From contig CACZZA010000034.1 in assembly GCA_902785485.1 (NCBI GenBank), positions 1 to 14,217 of the forward strand: a stretch of DNA of 14,217 bases, written 5' to 3'. The stretch's first letter is position 1. Each line of letters opens with the position of its first letter. The notes below the pieces were generated by a model. That model saw nothing but the letters and a program-made list of their open reading frames with translations. It had not been told where the DNA came from and did not search any database. The translations under genes and the position numbers were made by a program. This DNA is from an uncultured Ruminococcus sp. GTDB lineage: Bacteria; Bacillota; Clostridia; Oscillospirales; CAG-272. Shown in pieces: positions 1 to 6,606 of this stretch.

Positions 1-474
1 CGGATGGGAATAATGAGCAACTCGACCGGCGTTATGAAATATTATCATCCGACTTTCCTTTACGAATCCCTGTGGAACCTCATCGGCTTTATCCTGATCA
101 ACGCGTTTTATAAAAAGAAGAAATACAACGGTCAGATCTTCTTTATGTATATGAGCTGGTACGGCTTCGGACGCTTCTTCATCGAAGGACTGCGTACCGA
201 CAGTCTTTACGTCGGACCGTTCCGCATCTCGCAGGTAGTGGGGATAGTCAGCTTCGTTTTCGGGATCGTACTGATGATCGTTTTCGCCAAGAGGAGCAAG
301 ACCCTTTCCGAAGAACACGACGCCGTTTCTTCCGTAGAGCTTTCTCCCGTTCCCGCGGAAGGTGAAGAGGCCGAGGAAAAAGAAAACGAGTCTGAGACTG
401 TTGAAGAGACCGAAAAGACCGCCGAAAAGACCGAAGATACGAAAGAGGATACCGAAAATGGCGAAGATAATTGA
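1..474 (+). CDS. lgt: Prolipoprotein diacylglyceryl transferase (Lgt), 3' portion only; the 5' end is upstream of the window. Carries an unusual ~55-aa acidic E/K/T-rich C-terminal tail.
   Basis: ORF is open from position 1 (listed as 4..474). The translation contains the Lgt hallmark YHPTFLYESLWNLIGF plus GRFFIEGLRTDSLYVG. Stop is TGA at 472-474. Confidence 0.8.
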   Translation, partial: RMGIMSNSTGVMKYYHPTFLYESLWNLIGFILINAFYKKKKYNGQIFFMYMSWYGFGRFFIEGLRTDSLYVGPFRISQVVGIVSFVFGIVLMIVFAKRSKTLSEEHDAVSSVELSPVPAEGEEAEEKENESETVEETEKTAEKTEDTKEDTENGEDN

Positions 475-1312
475 CGGCAAACAGACGGCGGCGGACATCC
501 GCCGCGAGATCGCCGAGGAAGTTGAAACGATAAAAGCAAAAGCCGGCAGAGCGCCCGGACTCGCGGTCATTCTCGTCGGAGACGACCCCGCGTCGCAGGT
601 CTACGTCCGTAATAAAGCGAAGGATTGTGAAGAGACCGGCATCTACTCCGTAGTCGAGCGTCTCCCCGCGGAAACGACCGAAGAGGAGCTTATAGCGCTT
701 GTAAAAAAACTGAACGGAGACGAGCTGATTGACGGTATCATAGTTCAGCTCCCGCTCCCGAAGCATTTGAATTCCGAAGTGATAATAAACAATATCGCGG
801 TCGATAAGGACGTAGACGCGTTCCATCCGTACAACGTCGGGAAAATAATGATCGGCGACTACAATATGCTCCCTTGCACTCCCGCGGGAGTCATGGAGCT
901 TCTTTCTCGCTACGGAGTCGAAGTGTCGGGCAAGAACTGCGTTGTCGTCGGGCGCTCGAACATCGTCGGCAAGCCTCAGGCGATGCTGCTGCTCCATAAG
1001 AACGGCACGGTCACCGTTTGCCACTCGCGTACAAAAGAGCTCGCAGAGGTAACGAAAAAAGCGGATATTCTCGTCGTCGCCGTAGGGAAAGCGAAAATGA
1101 TCACCGGCGATATGATAAAGGAAGGCTCAGTCGTCATCGACGTCGGCATGAACAGGGACGCCGACGGAAAGCTCTGCGGAGACTGCGATTTCGACTCCTG
1201 CGAAAAGAAAGCGTCGCTCATTACCCCGGTCCCCGGAGGAGTGGGACCTATGACACGGGTCATGCTGCTGAAAAATACTTTGTCGGCGGCGAAAAGAAAA
1301 CTGAATATATAA
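458..1312 (+). CDS. folD: Bifunctional methylenetetrahydrofolate dehydrogenase / methenyltetrahydrofolate cyclohydrolase.
   Basis: The ORF 362..1312 translation from the internal Met is MAKIIDGKQTAADIRREI..., a canonical FolD N-terminus. It continues with LAVILVGDDPASQVYVRNK, the GxGxxVG-type motif VVVGRSNIVGKP, and PVPGGVGPMT. ATG at 458-460 is preceded by the purine-rich stretch gaaagaggat. Stop is TAA at 1310-1312. It overlaps the lgt 3' end by 17 nt. Confidence 0.9.
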   Translation: MAKIIDGKQTAADIRREIAEEVETIKAKAGRAPGLAVILVGDDPASQVYVRNKAKDCEETGIYSVVERLPAETTEEELIALVKKLNGDELIDGIIVQLPLPKHLNSEVIINNIAVDKDVDAFHPYNVGKIMIGDYNMLPCTPAGVMELLSRYGVEVSGKNCVVVGRSNIVGKPQAMLLLHKNGTVTVCHSRTKELAEVTKKADILVVAVGKAKMITGDMIKEGSVVIDVGMNRDADGKLCGDCDFDSCEKKASLITPVPGGVGPMTRVMLLKNTLSAAKRKLNI

Positions 1313-1318
1313 ATAAAG

Positions 1319-1368
1319 TCCGGGGAAACGCTTGCGGAAAAAGGGTTTTCCCGGATATTTCGGTTTTG
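1319..1368 (+). terminator. Possible intrinsic terminator after folD: an 11-bp stem with one G-U pair, followed by an interrupted T-tract.
   Basis: tccggggaaac (1319-1329) pairs with gttttcccgga (1345-1355) around a 15-nt loop. It is followed by tatttcggttttg. Confidence 0.4.
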
Positions 1369-1391
1369 CCCCGAAAAAACTTCCGTATTTT

Positions 1392-1446
1392 CCCGAAAAA
1401 TCGAAAAAATCACTTGACAAATCAAAGTTCTTTGTGATATTATAAT
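1392..1446 (+). promoter_or_regulatory. Sigma-A-type promoter of the rplU-prp-rpmA operon, with a -35 TTGACA, a -10 TATAAT and upstream phased A-tracts (UP-element-like).
   Basis: TTGACA at 1414-1419; tgtgatat then TATAAT at 1441-1446. The spacer is long (21 nt) if TATAAT is the -10; alternative -10 hexamers gatatt/atatta give 16-17 nt. A-tracts cccgaaaaatcgaaaaaatc lie at 1392-1411, immediately upstream of the -35. Confidence 0.55.
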
Positions 1447-1452
1447 ATGCCG

Positions 1453-1530
1453 CATAATGTACAGGTCTGAAAAAACGGGTCAAACCGTTACCTGTATTAG
1501 CGAGTTTATACCGAAAGAGAGGTGCTTTTC
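1453..1530 (+). promoter_or_regulatory. Structured 5' leader of rplU, a candidate ribosomal-protein L21-leader-like autoregulatory element with a bulged hairpin at 1459-1497.
   Basis: ACAGGT (1461-1466) pairs with ACCTGT (1490-1495), and the inner AACGG (1474-1478) pairs with CCGTT (1485-1489). No U-tract follows, so this is not a terminator. The RBS agagagg at 1516-1522 follows. Confidence 0.4.
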
Positions 1531-1842
1531 GTGTTTGCTGTTATCGAAACCGGCGGAAAGCAGTACAAGGTCACCGAGGGTGACGTCATCTTTGTTGAGA
1601 AGCTCGGCGCTTCTGACGGCGAGAAGGTCACTTTTGACAAGGTCCTCGCAGTCTCGAACGGAGACAACACCAACGTTGGCGCTCCTTACGTTGACGGCGC
1701 AAGCGTTACCGCTAACGTCATCAAGTCCGGAAAGGGCAAAAAAATTCTCGTTATGACTTACAAGTCCAAGAAGAACGAGAAAAAGAAACAGGGTCACAGA
1801 CAGCCTTACACCAAGGTCCAGATCGAGAAGATCAACGGCTGA
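1531..1842 (+). CDS. rplU: 50S ribosomal protein L21.
   Basis: A GTG start at 1531 gives [18 protein letters not shown]..., a canonical L21 N-terminus. The RBS agagagg lies 7 nt upstream. An in-frame GTG at 1522 is an alternative start. Stop is TGA at 1840-1842. Confidence 0.9.
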   Translation: MFAVIETGGKQYKVTEGDVIFVEKLGASDGEKVTFDKVLAVSNGDNTNVGAPYVDGASVTANVIKSGKGKKILVMTYKSKKNEKKKQGHRQPYTKVQIEKING

Positions 1843-1866
1843 GCCTGAATACCCGAATTTATCATA

Positions 1867-2217
1867 ATGATAAAATTCAAGTTTCTGAAGCGCGACGGAG
1901 TTTACTACGGGTTTGAAGAGACCGGACACGCGGGTTACGCGGAATCGGGGGACGACATCGTCTGCTCGGCAGTCTCGGCTATGACGATGCTCGTTGTGAA
2001 CGCCATCGAAGTCAGCTACGCATCCGACGTAGAGTACACGATCGACGAAGACAGTACCGATATAAAGGTCGTTGCGCTCGGCGCACTTCCGGAGTATTCG
2101 GACGACGAAAAAAAGCGTTTTGCCGTCGCGGGCATCATCGAGGCGTATTTCTTACAGCTCAACGATATGCTCGAGGAGTATTACGAATACATCGACGTTA
2201 CTGAATCGGAAGAATGA
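1867..2217 (+). CDS. prp: Ribosomal-processing cysteine protease Prp (YsxB/DUF464 family), which removes the L27 N-terminal extension.
   Basis: 116 aa, positioned between rplU and rpmA as in Firmicutes. Conserved His in GHAGYAE and Cys in DIVCSAVS correspond to the Prp catalytic dyad. Confidence 0.85.
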   Translation: MIKFKFLKRDGVYYGFEETGHAGYAESGDDIVCSAVSAMTMLVVNAIEVSYASDVEYTIDEDSTDIKVVALGALPEYSDDEKKRFAVAGIIEAYFLQLNDMLEEYYEYIDVTESEE

Positions 2218-2239
2218 TTTTAAGAAGGAGAGAATACCA

Positions 2240-2518
2240 ATGTTGAGGATCAGTTTACAGTTTTTTGCTCATAAAAAAGGTGTCGGTTCCACCAAGAACG
2301 GCCGCGACAGCGAGTCCAAGAGACTCGGAGTAAAGGCCGCTGACGGCGAGACCGTTACCGCAGGCAGCATCATAGTCCGCCAGAGAGGAACTCACATCCG
2401 TCCCGGAACCAACGTAGGTAAGGGTTCGGACGACACGCTTTTCGCGACCGTCGACGGAAAGGTCAAATTCGAGACCAAGTCGCAGGGCAAAAAGTACGCG
2501 AGCGTTTACGCTGAATAA
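2240..2518 (+). CDS. rpmA: 50S ribosomal protein L27 with a cleavable 9-aa N-terminal extension (MLRISLQFF|AHKKG).
   Basis: ATG at 2240 is preceded by the RBS aaggagag (2224-2231). The translation [32 protein letters not shown]...RQRGT is canonical L27. The listed longer ORF 2072..2518 overlaps prp in another frame and is not real upstream of 2240. Confidence 0.92.
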   Translation: MLRISLQFFAHKKGVGSTKNGRDSESKRLGVKAADGETVTAGSIIVRQRGTHIRPGTNVGKGSDDTLFATVDGKVKFETKSQGKKYASVYAE

Positions 2519-2528
2519 TCAGAAGACC

Positions 2529-2567
2529 GGCGGCATCCTTCGCAAGAATCGATGCCGTCTCTTTATG
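2529..2567 (+). terminator. Weak hairpin or partial terminator (attenuator) between rpmA and galE.
   Basis: ggcggcatc (2529-2537) pairs with gatgccgtc (2551-2559) around a 13-nt loop. It is followed by the moderately U-rich tctcttta. Confidence 0.3.
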
Positions 2568-2584
2568 CCGAAAAGGAGAACATT

Positions 2585-3580
2585 ATGTCAAAGACCATCC
2601 TTGTAACGGGCGGAACGGGCTTTATAGGCTCGAATACCGTCGTATTACTGCTAAAAGCCGGTTATGAAGTCGTCATCATCGACAATCTTTCCAACTCCAA
2701 GAGAGAAGTTGTGGACAAGATCGAAGGACTTACCGGAAAGAAAGTAAAGTTTTACGAGAACGACATCCTCGACCGTGATGCGCTCGACCGTATATTCACC
2801 GAAAACAAGATCGACGCCGTTATCCACTTCGCCGGACTCAAGGCGGTCGGAGAGAGCGTCGCGAAACCGATACTCTATTATCACAACAATATCGAAGGCA
2901 CGCTCGCTCTGTGCGAGGTGATGGCGAAGCACTCATGCAAGAACATCGTGTTCTCGTCCTCGGCGACCGTTTACGGCAAACCCGAGAGCGTACCGATCAG
3001 AGAGGATTTCCCGCTTTCAACGACGAACCCCTACGGAAGCACCAAGCTCTTTATCGAGCAGATCCTGCGCGACCTCAATACCGCCGATAACGAATGGAAC
3101 GTCACGCTCCTGCGTTACTTCAACCCGATCGGCTCGGACGAGACCGGCACCCTCGGCGAGAACCCGAACGGCATCCCGAACAACCTTATGCCGTATATCG
3201 TCCGCGTCGCAAGCGGCGAATATCCGTCGCTCCGCGTATTCGGAAACGATTATCCGACCCGCGACGGCACCGGAGTCCGCGATTATATCCACGTCGTCGA
3301 CCTCGCTGCGGGACACCTCAAAGCGCTCGAGCATATGGACGGCGTCCGCGTGTATAACCTCGGCACCGGAAACGGATACTCCGTCCTCGAGCTTGTACAT
3401 GCGTTTGAAAAGTACAACGGAGTCAAGGTCCCGTACGTCATCACTCCCCGCCGCCCCGGCGACATCGCGGAGTGCTACGCCGACCCGACCAAAGCCTTTA
3501 AGGAACTCGGCTGGAAAGCCGAACGCGGCGTGGAAGAAATGGTCCGATCCGCCTGGAAATTCTGCTTAAATAATAAATAA
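2585..3580 (+). CDS. galE: UDP-glucose 4-epimerase.
   Basis: ATG at 2585 is preceded by the RBS aaggaga. The translation MSKTILVTGGTGFIGSNT...DNLSNSK...HFAGLKAVGESV...SSSATVYG...YGSTK...LRYFNPIG...GNDYPTRDGTGVRDYIHVVDLA is collinear with E. coli GalE, including the YxxxK and GxxGxxG motifs. The listed ORF start at 2552 is an upstream in-frame extension. Confidence 0.92.
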   Translation: MSKTILVTGGTGFIGSNTVVLLLKAGYEVVIIDNLSNSKREVVDKIEGLTGKKVKFYENDILDRDALDRIFTENKIDAVIHFAGLKAVGESVAKPILYYHNNIEGTLALCEVMAKHSCKNIVFSSSATVYGKPESVPIREDFPLSTTNPYGSTKLFIEQILRDLNTADNEWNVTLLRYFNPIGSDETGTLGENPNGIPNNLMPYIVRVASGEYPSLRVFGNDYPTRDGTGVRDYIHVVDLAAGHLKALEHMDGVRVYNLGTGNGYSVLELVHAFEKYNGVKVPYVITPRRPGDIAECYADPTKAFKELGWKAERGVEEMVRSAWKFCLNNK

Positions 3581-3593
3581 TGTAAAGAAAAAG

Positions 3594-3623
3594 CCTCCGA
3601 AGCAGTTCGGAGACTTTTTTTTA
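3594..3623 (+). terminator. Rho-independent terminator closing the rplU-prp-rpmA-galE unit.
   Basis: Stem ctccgaa (3595-3601) pairs with ttcggag (3606-3612) around the loop gcag. It is followed by a T8 run at 3615-3622. Confidence 0.8.
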
Positions 3624-3653
3624 TAAAAATCGTAAAAATTTTTCAAAAACCCC

Positions 3654-3682
3654 TTGAAGTTCAGATGAACTTGTGCTATAAT
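3654..3682 (+). promoter_or_regulatory. Strong sigma-A promoter with an extended -10 (TTGAAG-17-TGcTATAAT), driving the DUF1836-nfeD-floT operon. It carries a 7-bp-arm palindrome inside the spacer.
   Basis: TTGAAG at 3654-3659 and TGcTATAAT at 3674-3682. An A/T-rich region at 3623-3650 lies upstream. The palindrome AAGTTCA-ga-TGAACTT occupies 3657-3672. Confidence 0.6.
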
Positions 3683-3728
3683 TAGTCGAACCTTAAAAAG
3701 AAAAAGTATTTTTACATCCGGAGGACTT

Positions 3729-4295
3729 ATGCCTAACAACTGTATACCGGGGACCGTAATACCGCAGGCGGGGGTCAGCGTACCTATGTTTTCGCTGCTG
3801 AAACCCATGATCGACGCGGCGGACGGACTTACTCTCGCGCAGGTCTCGTCTATAACGGGACTTGATTATTCCACGATCCAGAACTGGGTCAAGCGCGGAT
3901 TTGTGGCGAAGACCGTCAACAAAAAGTATTACGGGCGCCACCTTGCGAGGATAATGATAATATCGATCCTGCGTGATTCGATGCGTATCGAAGACGTGGG
4001 CGAGCTTTTGCGCCTTGTCAACGGAGACGCGTCGGACGAGAGAGACGACTTTCTGCCTGAGCAGGACCTTTACGACGTGATGTGCGAAGTCATATACAAG
4101 ACGAACGGCATAGAGGGCGAGAGCGCCATACGGGCCGTCGTCGATAAAGTGATCGACGCGCATCTGACGCTTGCGGATCCTACGAAAAAGAAAACGCTGG
4201 AAAGAGCTTTATTTGTGATGCTCTACGCCTACCGCGCGAGCGACTGCAAACGGGAAGCGGAGTTATACTTCAATCAAATGAAAGGAGCTGAATGA
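3729..4295 (+). CDS. DUF1836-family protein of unknown function.
   Basis: The translation contains LDYSTIQNWVKRGFVAKTVNKKYYGRHLARIMIISILRDSMRIEDV. This matches the DUF1836 core pattern TxSMINNYVKxGLxPxPxKKKYxxxHLAxLxxIxxLK from recall; no database search was run. GGAGG at 3720-3724 gives a short 4-nt spacing to the ATG; an alternative in-frame ATG lies at 3786. Stop TGA at 4293-4295 sits 1 nt before the next ATG. Confidence 0.65.
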   Translation: MPNNCIPGTVIPQAGVSVPMFSLLKPMIDAADGLTLAQVSSITGLDYSTIQNWVKRGFVAKTVNKKYYGRHLARIMIISILRDSMRIEDVGELLRLVNGDASDERDDFLPEQDLYDVMCEVIYKTNGIEGESAIRAVVDKVIDAHLTLADPTKKKTLERALFVMLYAYRASDCKREAELYFNQMKGAE

Positions 4296-4296
4296 T

Positions 4297-5058
4297 ATGA
4301 CCTGGTTCGTCAACTGGTGGGACGGTCTTACGCTGCTCCAGCAAGTATTCGCTGTCGTTGCGATCCCGTCGACGCTCATACTTGTTATACAGACGGTAAT
4401 GCTCCTGTTCGGACTGGGAGGCAGCCACGGAGAGCTTGACAACGGGGAAAGCGATTTTTCCGGGATCGATACCGACGGAGACGGAGTTCCCGATTCCTTC
4501 GACATTGACGGAGACGGAGTCCCGGACGTCGGGGGAATAGACCTCGACGGAGACGGGATCCCCGACGTTCCGCACGACGTAGGACATTTTGAGGCAGGAG
4601 ACCGTCACGACGTCAATACCGCCGGTCACGACGGGAGTCATTCCGGCTCGGGACTCCGCTTGTTCACTCTGCGCGGGATCGTGGCGCTGTTCGCGGTCGG
4701 AGGCTGGCTCGGAGTGATGCTTGTCGACCTCGGAGCGTCTCCGGCAGTCACTGTCATATCCGCGTTTGCCGGAGGATTTCTGGCCTTGCTGTTCTGCGCC
4801 CTTATAATAAAATGGAGCCTCAGCCTTCAGGAGAACGGTACTTTCTCGGTAAAGACCGCAATAGCCCGGACCGGCAACGTCTACATACCGATCCCTCCCG
4901 AAAGGCAGGGAAGCGGCAAGATCACGCTCAACCTCGAGGACCGTTTTCTCGAGCTTGAAGCCATGACCGACGAAAAGGAGAAGATCCCGACCGGAAAATC
5001 GGTACAGGTCGTCTCCGTCACCGATAAAAACGTGCTTATAGTGCGTTCGGTACTGTAA
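4297..5058 (+). CDS. NfeD-like (YuaF/YqeZ-type) membrane protein with a C-terminal OB-fold beta-barrel and an inserted Asp-rich tandem repeat between TM1 and TM2.
   Basis: RBS aaaggag (4281-4287) with a 9-nt spacer. The N-terminal hydrophobic segment is LLQQVFAVVAIPSTLILVIQTVMLLFGLGG. Two further TM segments span GIVALFAVGGWLGVMLV...AFAGGFLALLFCALII. The C-terminal soluble domain GTFSVKTAIARTGNVYIPI...GSGKITLNLEDRFLELEA...GKSVQVVSVTDKNVLIVRSV resembles the NfeD beta-barrel. It sits directly upstream of a flotillin gene, as yuaF-floT does in B. subtilis. Confidence 0.8.
   Translation: MTWFVNWWDGLTLLQQVFAVVAIPSTLILVIQTVMLLFGLGGSHGELDNGESDFSGIDTDGDGVPDSFDIDGDGVPDVGGIDLDGDGIPDVPHDVGHFEAGDRHDVNTAGHDGSHSGSGLRLFTLRGIVALFAVGGWLGVMLVDLGASPAVTVISAFAGGFLALLFCALIIKWSLSLQENGTFSVKTAIARTGNVYIPIPPERQGSGKITLNLEDRFLELEAMTDEKEKIPTGKSVQVVSVTDKNVLIVRSVL
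4462..4578 (+). repeat. Three tandem in-frame Asp-rich repeats, D(T/I/L)DGDG(V/I)PD, calcium-binding-loop-like (thrombospondin-type-3 / DxDxDG style), inside nfeD.
   Basis: The DNA unit gacggagacgg(a/g) recurs at 4474, 4507 and 4545. The protein reads GIDTDGDGVPDSF / DIDGDGVPDVGG / IDLDGDGIPDVPHD, followed by the His/Asp-rich HDVGHFEAGDRHDVNTAGHDGSHSGSG. Confidence 0.6.
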
Positions 5059-5070
5059 TATCGGGAAAAA

Positions 5071-5113
5071 ACGGCCGTCGCAATGAGACGGAAGTCCCGA
5101 GGGCGGACGGCCG
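5071..5113 (+). promoter_or_regulatory. GC-rich long-loop hairpin in the nfeD-floT intergenic region. It is not a canonical terminator; it may be an RNA processing or stability element.
   Basis: acggccgtc (5071-5079) pairs with gacggccg (5106-5113) around a 26-nt loop. It is followed by aaaataaatataatatt, with no T-tract. Confidence 0.3.
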
Positions 5114-5146
5114 AAAATAAATATAATATTCAAGGAGGAGAAACCC

Positions 5147-6574
5147 ATGCCCGCATCTGTAATCGTTTTAGTAGTAGTTGTAGTTTTACTGCTCTTCACC
5201 ATGCTGCTCGTAGTCCTTTCGAGGTACCGCAGATGTCCTTCCGACAAGGTGCTCGTCATCTACGGTAAGGTAGGCACCAATTCGGACGGCTCGACACGCT
5301 CGGCGAAGTGCATACACGGCGGCGCCGCGTTCATCTGGCCGGTGATCCAATCGTATCAGTATCTTGATCTGACTCCCATGTCGATCAACGTTGACCTTAC
5401 GAACGCGCTGTCTCATCAGAATATCCGCGTCGACGTGCCCTCCCGTTTCACGGTCGGTATTTCCGTAGAACCCGGCGTAATGCAGAACGCCGCCGAGAGA
5501 TTGCTCGGATTGAGACTCGCGGAGATCCAGGAACTTGCAAAAGACATCATCTTCGGTCAGCTCCGTCTTGTCATTGCGACGATGGACATCGAAGAGATCA
5601 ACACCGACAGAGACAAATTCCTCGAGGCGGTATCGCATAACGTCGAGACAGAACTCAAAAAGATCGGTCTGCGACTCATCAACGTCAACCTGACCGATAT
5701 TACCGACGAGTCCGGCTACATCGAGGCTCTCGGTAAAGAAGCCGCCGCAAAGGCGATCAACGACGCGAAAAAATCCGTTGCCGAAAAGAACCGCGACGGT
5801 TCTATCGGCGAGGCATACGCTCTCAAAGATCAGAGGATCAGCGTAGCCGAGTCGAACGCCCGCGCGATAGACGGTGAAAACGAATCAAAAGCCCAGATAG
5901 CGATGTCTGTTGCCGCTCTCCGTGAAAAAGAGGCGGAGGCGCAGAGGAGAGCGATCGCCGCAGAAAAGATCTCCGCGGCAAAGGCGCTCGAAGAAGCGTA
6001 CGCGGCTGAACAGTCCGCGGAAAAAGCGCGTGCAGACAGAGAATTCGCCACCAAACAGGCAGACATCATCACCGCCGCAAAGATAGAAAAAGAACGCAAG
6101 GAGCTTGAAGCCGAGGCGGAGGCGGAGCAGAAGAGACGCAAAGCCAAAGGTGAGGCTGACGCCATCTACGCCACGATGGAAGCGCAGGCGCGCGGCGTTC
6201 AGGAGATCCTCGCAAAGCAGGCGGAAGGCTTTTCTAAGATCGTTGAAGCGGCAAACGGCGACACTCAGGCGGCCGTACAGCTTATGATCGCCGACAAGAT
6301 CGAAGAGCTTACCCGTATCCAGGTCGAAGCCATCAAGAACCTCCACATCGACAAGATCACCGTCTGGGACACGATGGGCGGAGGCAACGGAGGAGAAGGC
6401 TCGACTACCGCGAATTTCCTTTCAAATATCATGAAGGCGGTCCCTCCGCTCTCCGAGACGATGAAAATGGCGGGTATCAAAATGCCCGAGTACCTCGGAA
6501 AGGAGATCGAAACCCCTGTCGTTCAGACCGAAGACGCCGCGGTCGAAGGACCCGCGACATCTGACGCCGAATGA
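5147..6574 (+). CDS. floT: Flotillin-family SPFH/Band-7 membrane scaffold protein, FloT/YuaG-like.
   Basis: RBS aaggaggag (5132-5140). An N-terminal hydrophobic anchor is followed by RYRRCPSDKVLVIYGK, an SPFH domain, and a long E/A/K coiled-coil segment (AEAEAEQKRRKAKGEADA). The C-terminal KITVWDTMGGGNGGEGS...LSNIMK is collinear with B. subtilis FloT. Confidence 0.9.
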   Translation: MPASVIVLVVVVVLLLFTMLLVVLSRYRRCPSDKVLVIYGKVGTNSDGSTRSAKCIHGGAAFIWPVIQSYQYLDLTPMSINVDLTNALSHQNIRVDVPSRFTVGISVEPGVMQNAAERLLGLRLAEIQELAKDIIFGQLRLVIATMDIEEINTDRDKFLEAVSHNVETELKKIGLRLINVNLTDITDESGYIEALGKEAAAKAINDAKKSVAEKNRDGSIGEAYALKDQRISVAESNARAIDGENESKAQIAMSVAALREKEAEAQRRAIAAEKISAAKALEEAYAAEQSAEKARADREFATKQADIITAAKIEKERKELEAEAEAEQKRRKAKGEADAIYATMEAQARGVQEILAKQAEGFSKIVEAANGDTQAAVQLMIADKIEELTRIQVEAIKNLHIDKITVWDTMGGGNGGEGSTTANFLSNIMKAVPPLSETMKMAGIKMPEYLGKEIETPVVQTEDAAVEGPATSDAE

Positions 6575-6606
6575 GGCGACCTGATACAGCAAGAAAGGAA
6601 CGATAA

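Noticed and set aside
362-457. A hyper-basic N-terminal extension of FolD (MKRPRKKKTSLRLLKRPKRPPKRPKIRKRIPK).
   Set aside because: It arises from reading the purine-rich lgt tail in another frame. A canonical FolD N-terminus (MAKIIDGK) begins at the internal ATG 458.
2072-2239. An upstream extension of the rpmA ORF overlapping prp.
   Set aside because: L27 with its known MLRISLQFF pro-peptide starts at ATG 2240, which has a strong RBS. The upstream part is an alternative frame of prp.
4462-4578. The Asp-rich repeat in NfeD read as a dockerin.
   Set aside because: It has only the Ca-loop-like DxDGDG units. It lacks the F-helix (LxxLKKYLL) pairing of true dockerins and is flanked by transmembrane helices.
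4270-5259. A 329-aa ORF on the minus strand, antisense to nfeD. The same applies to minus-strand ORFs 248..1024, 1480..1929, 3693..4163, 7297..8583, 10432..11124, 11778..12503 and 13658..14209.
   Set aside because: Each lies antisense to a + strand gene with strong homology-based support. The translations are low-complexity, rich in R, S and P, with no recognisable motifs and no RBS or promoter. They are long only because the GC-rich coding strand suppresses stop codons on the opposite strand.
6105-6287. An Arg-rich small ORF (MKPRRRRSRRDAKPK...) inside floT, and a similar one at 3094..3357 inside galE.
   Set aside because: These are alternative frames of GC-rich, GAG/GCG-rich coding sequence, with no independent signals.
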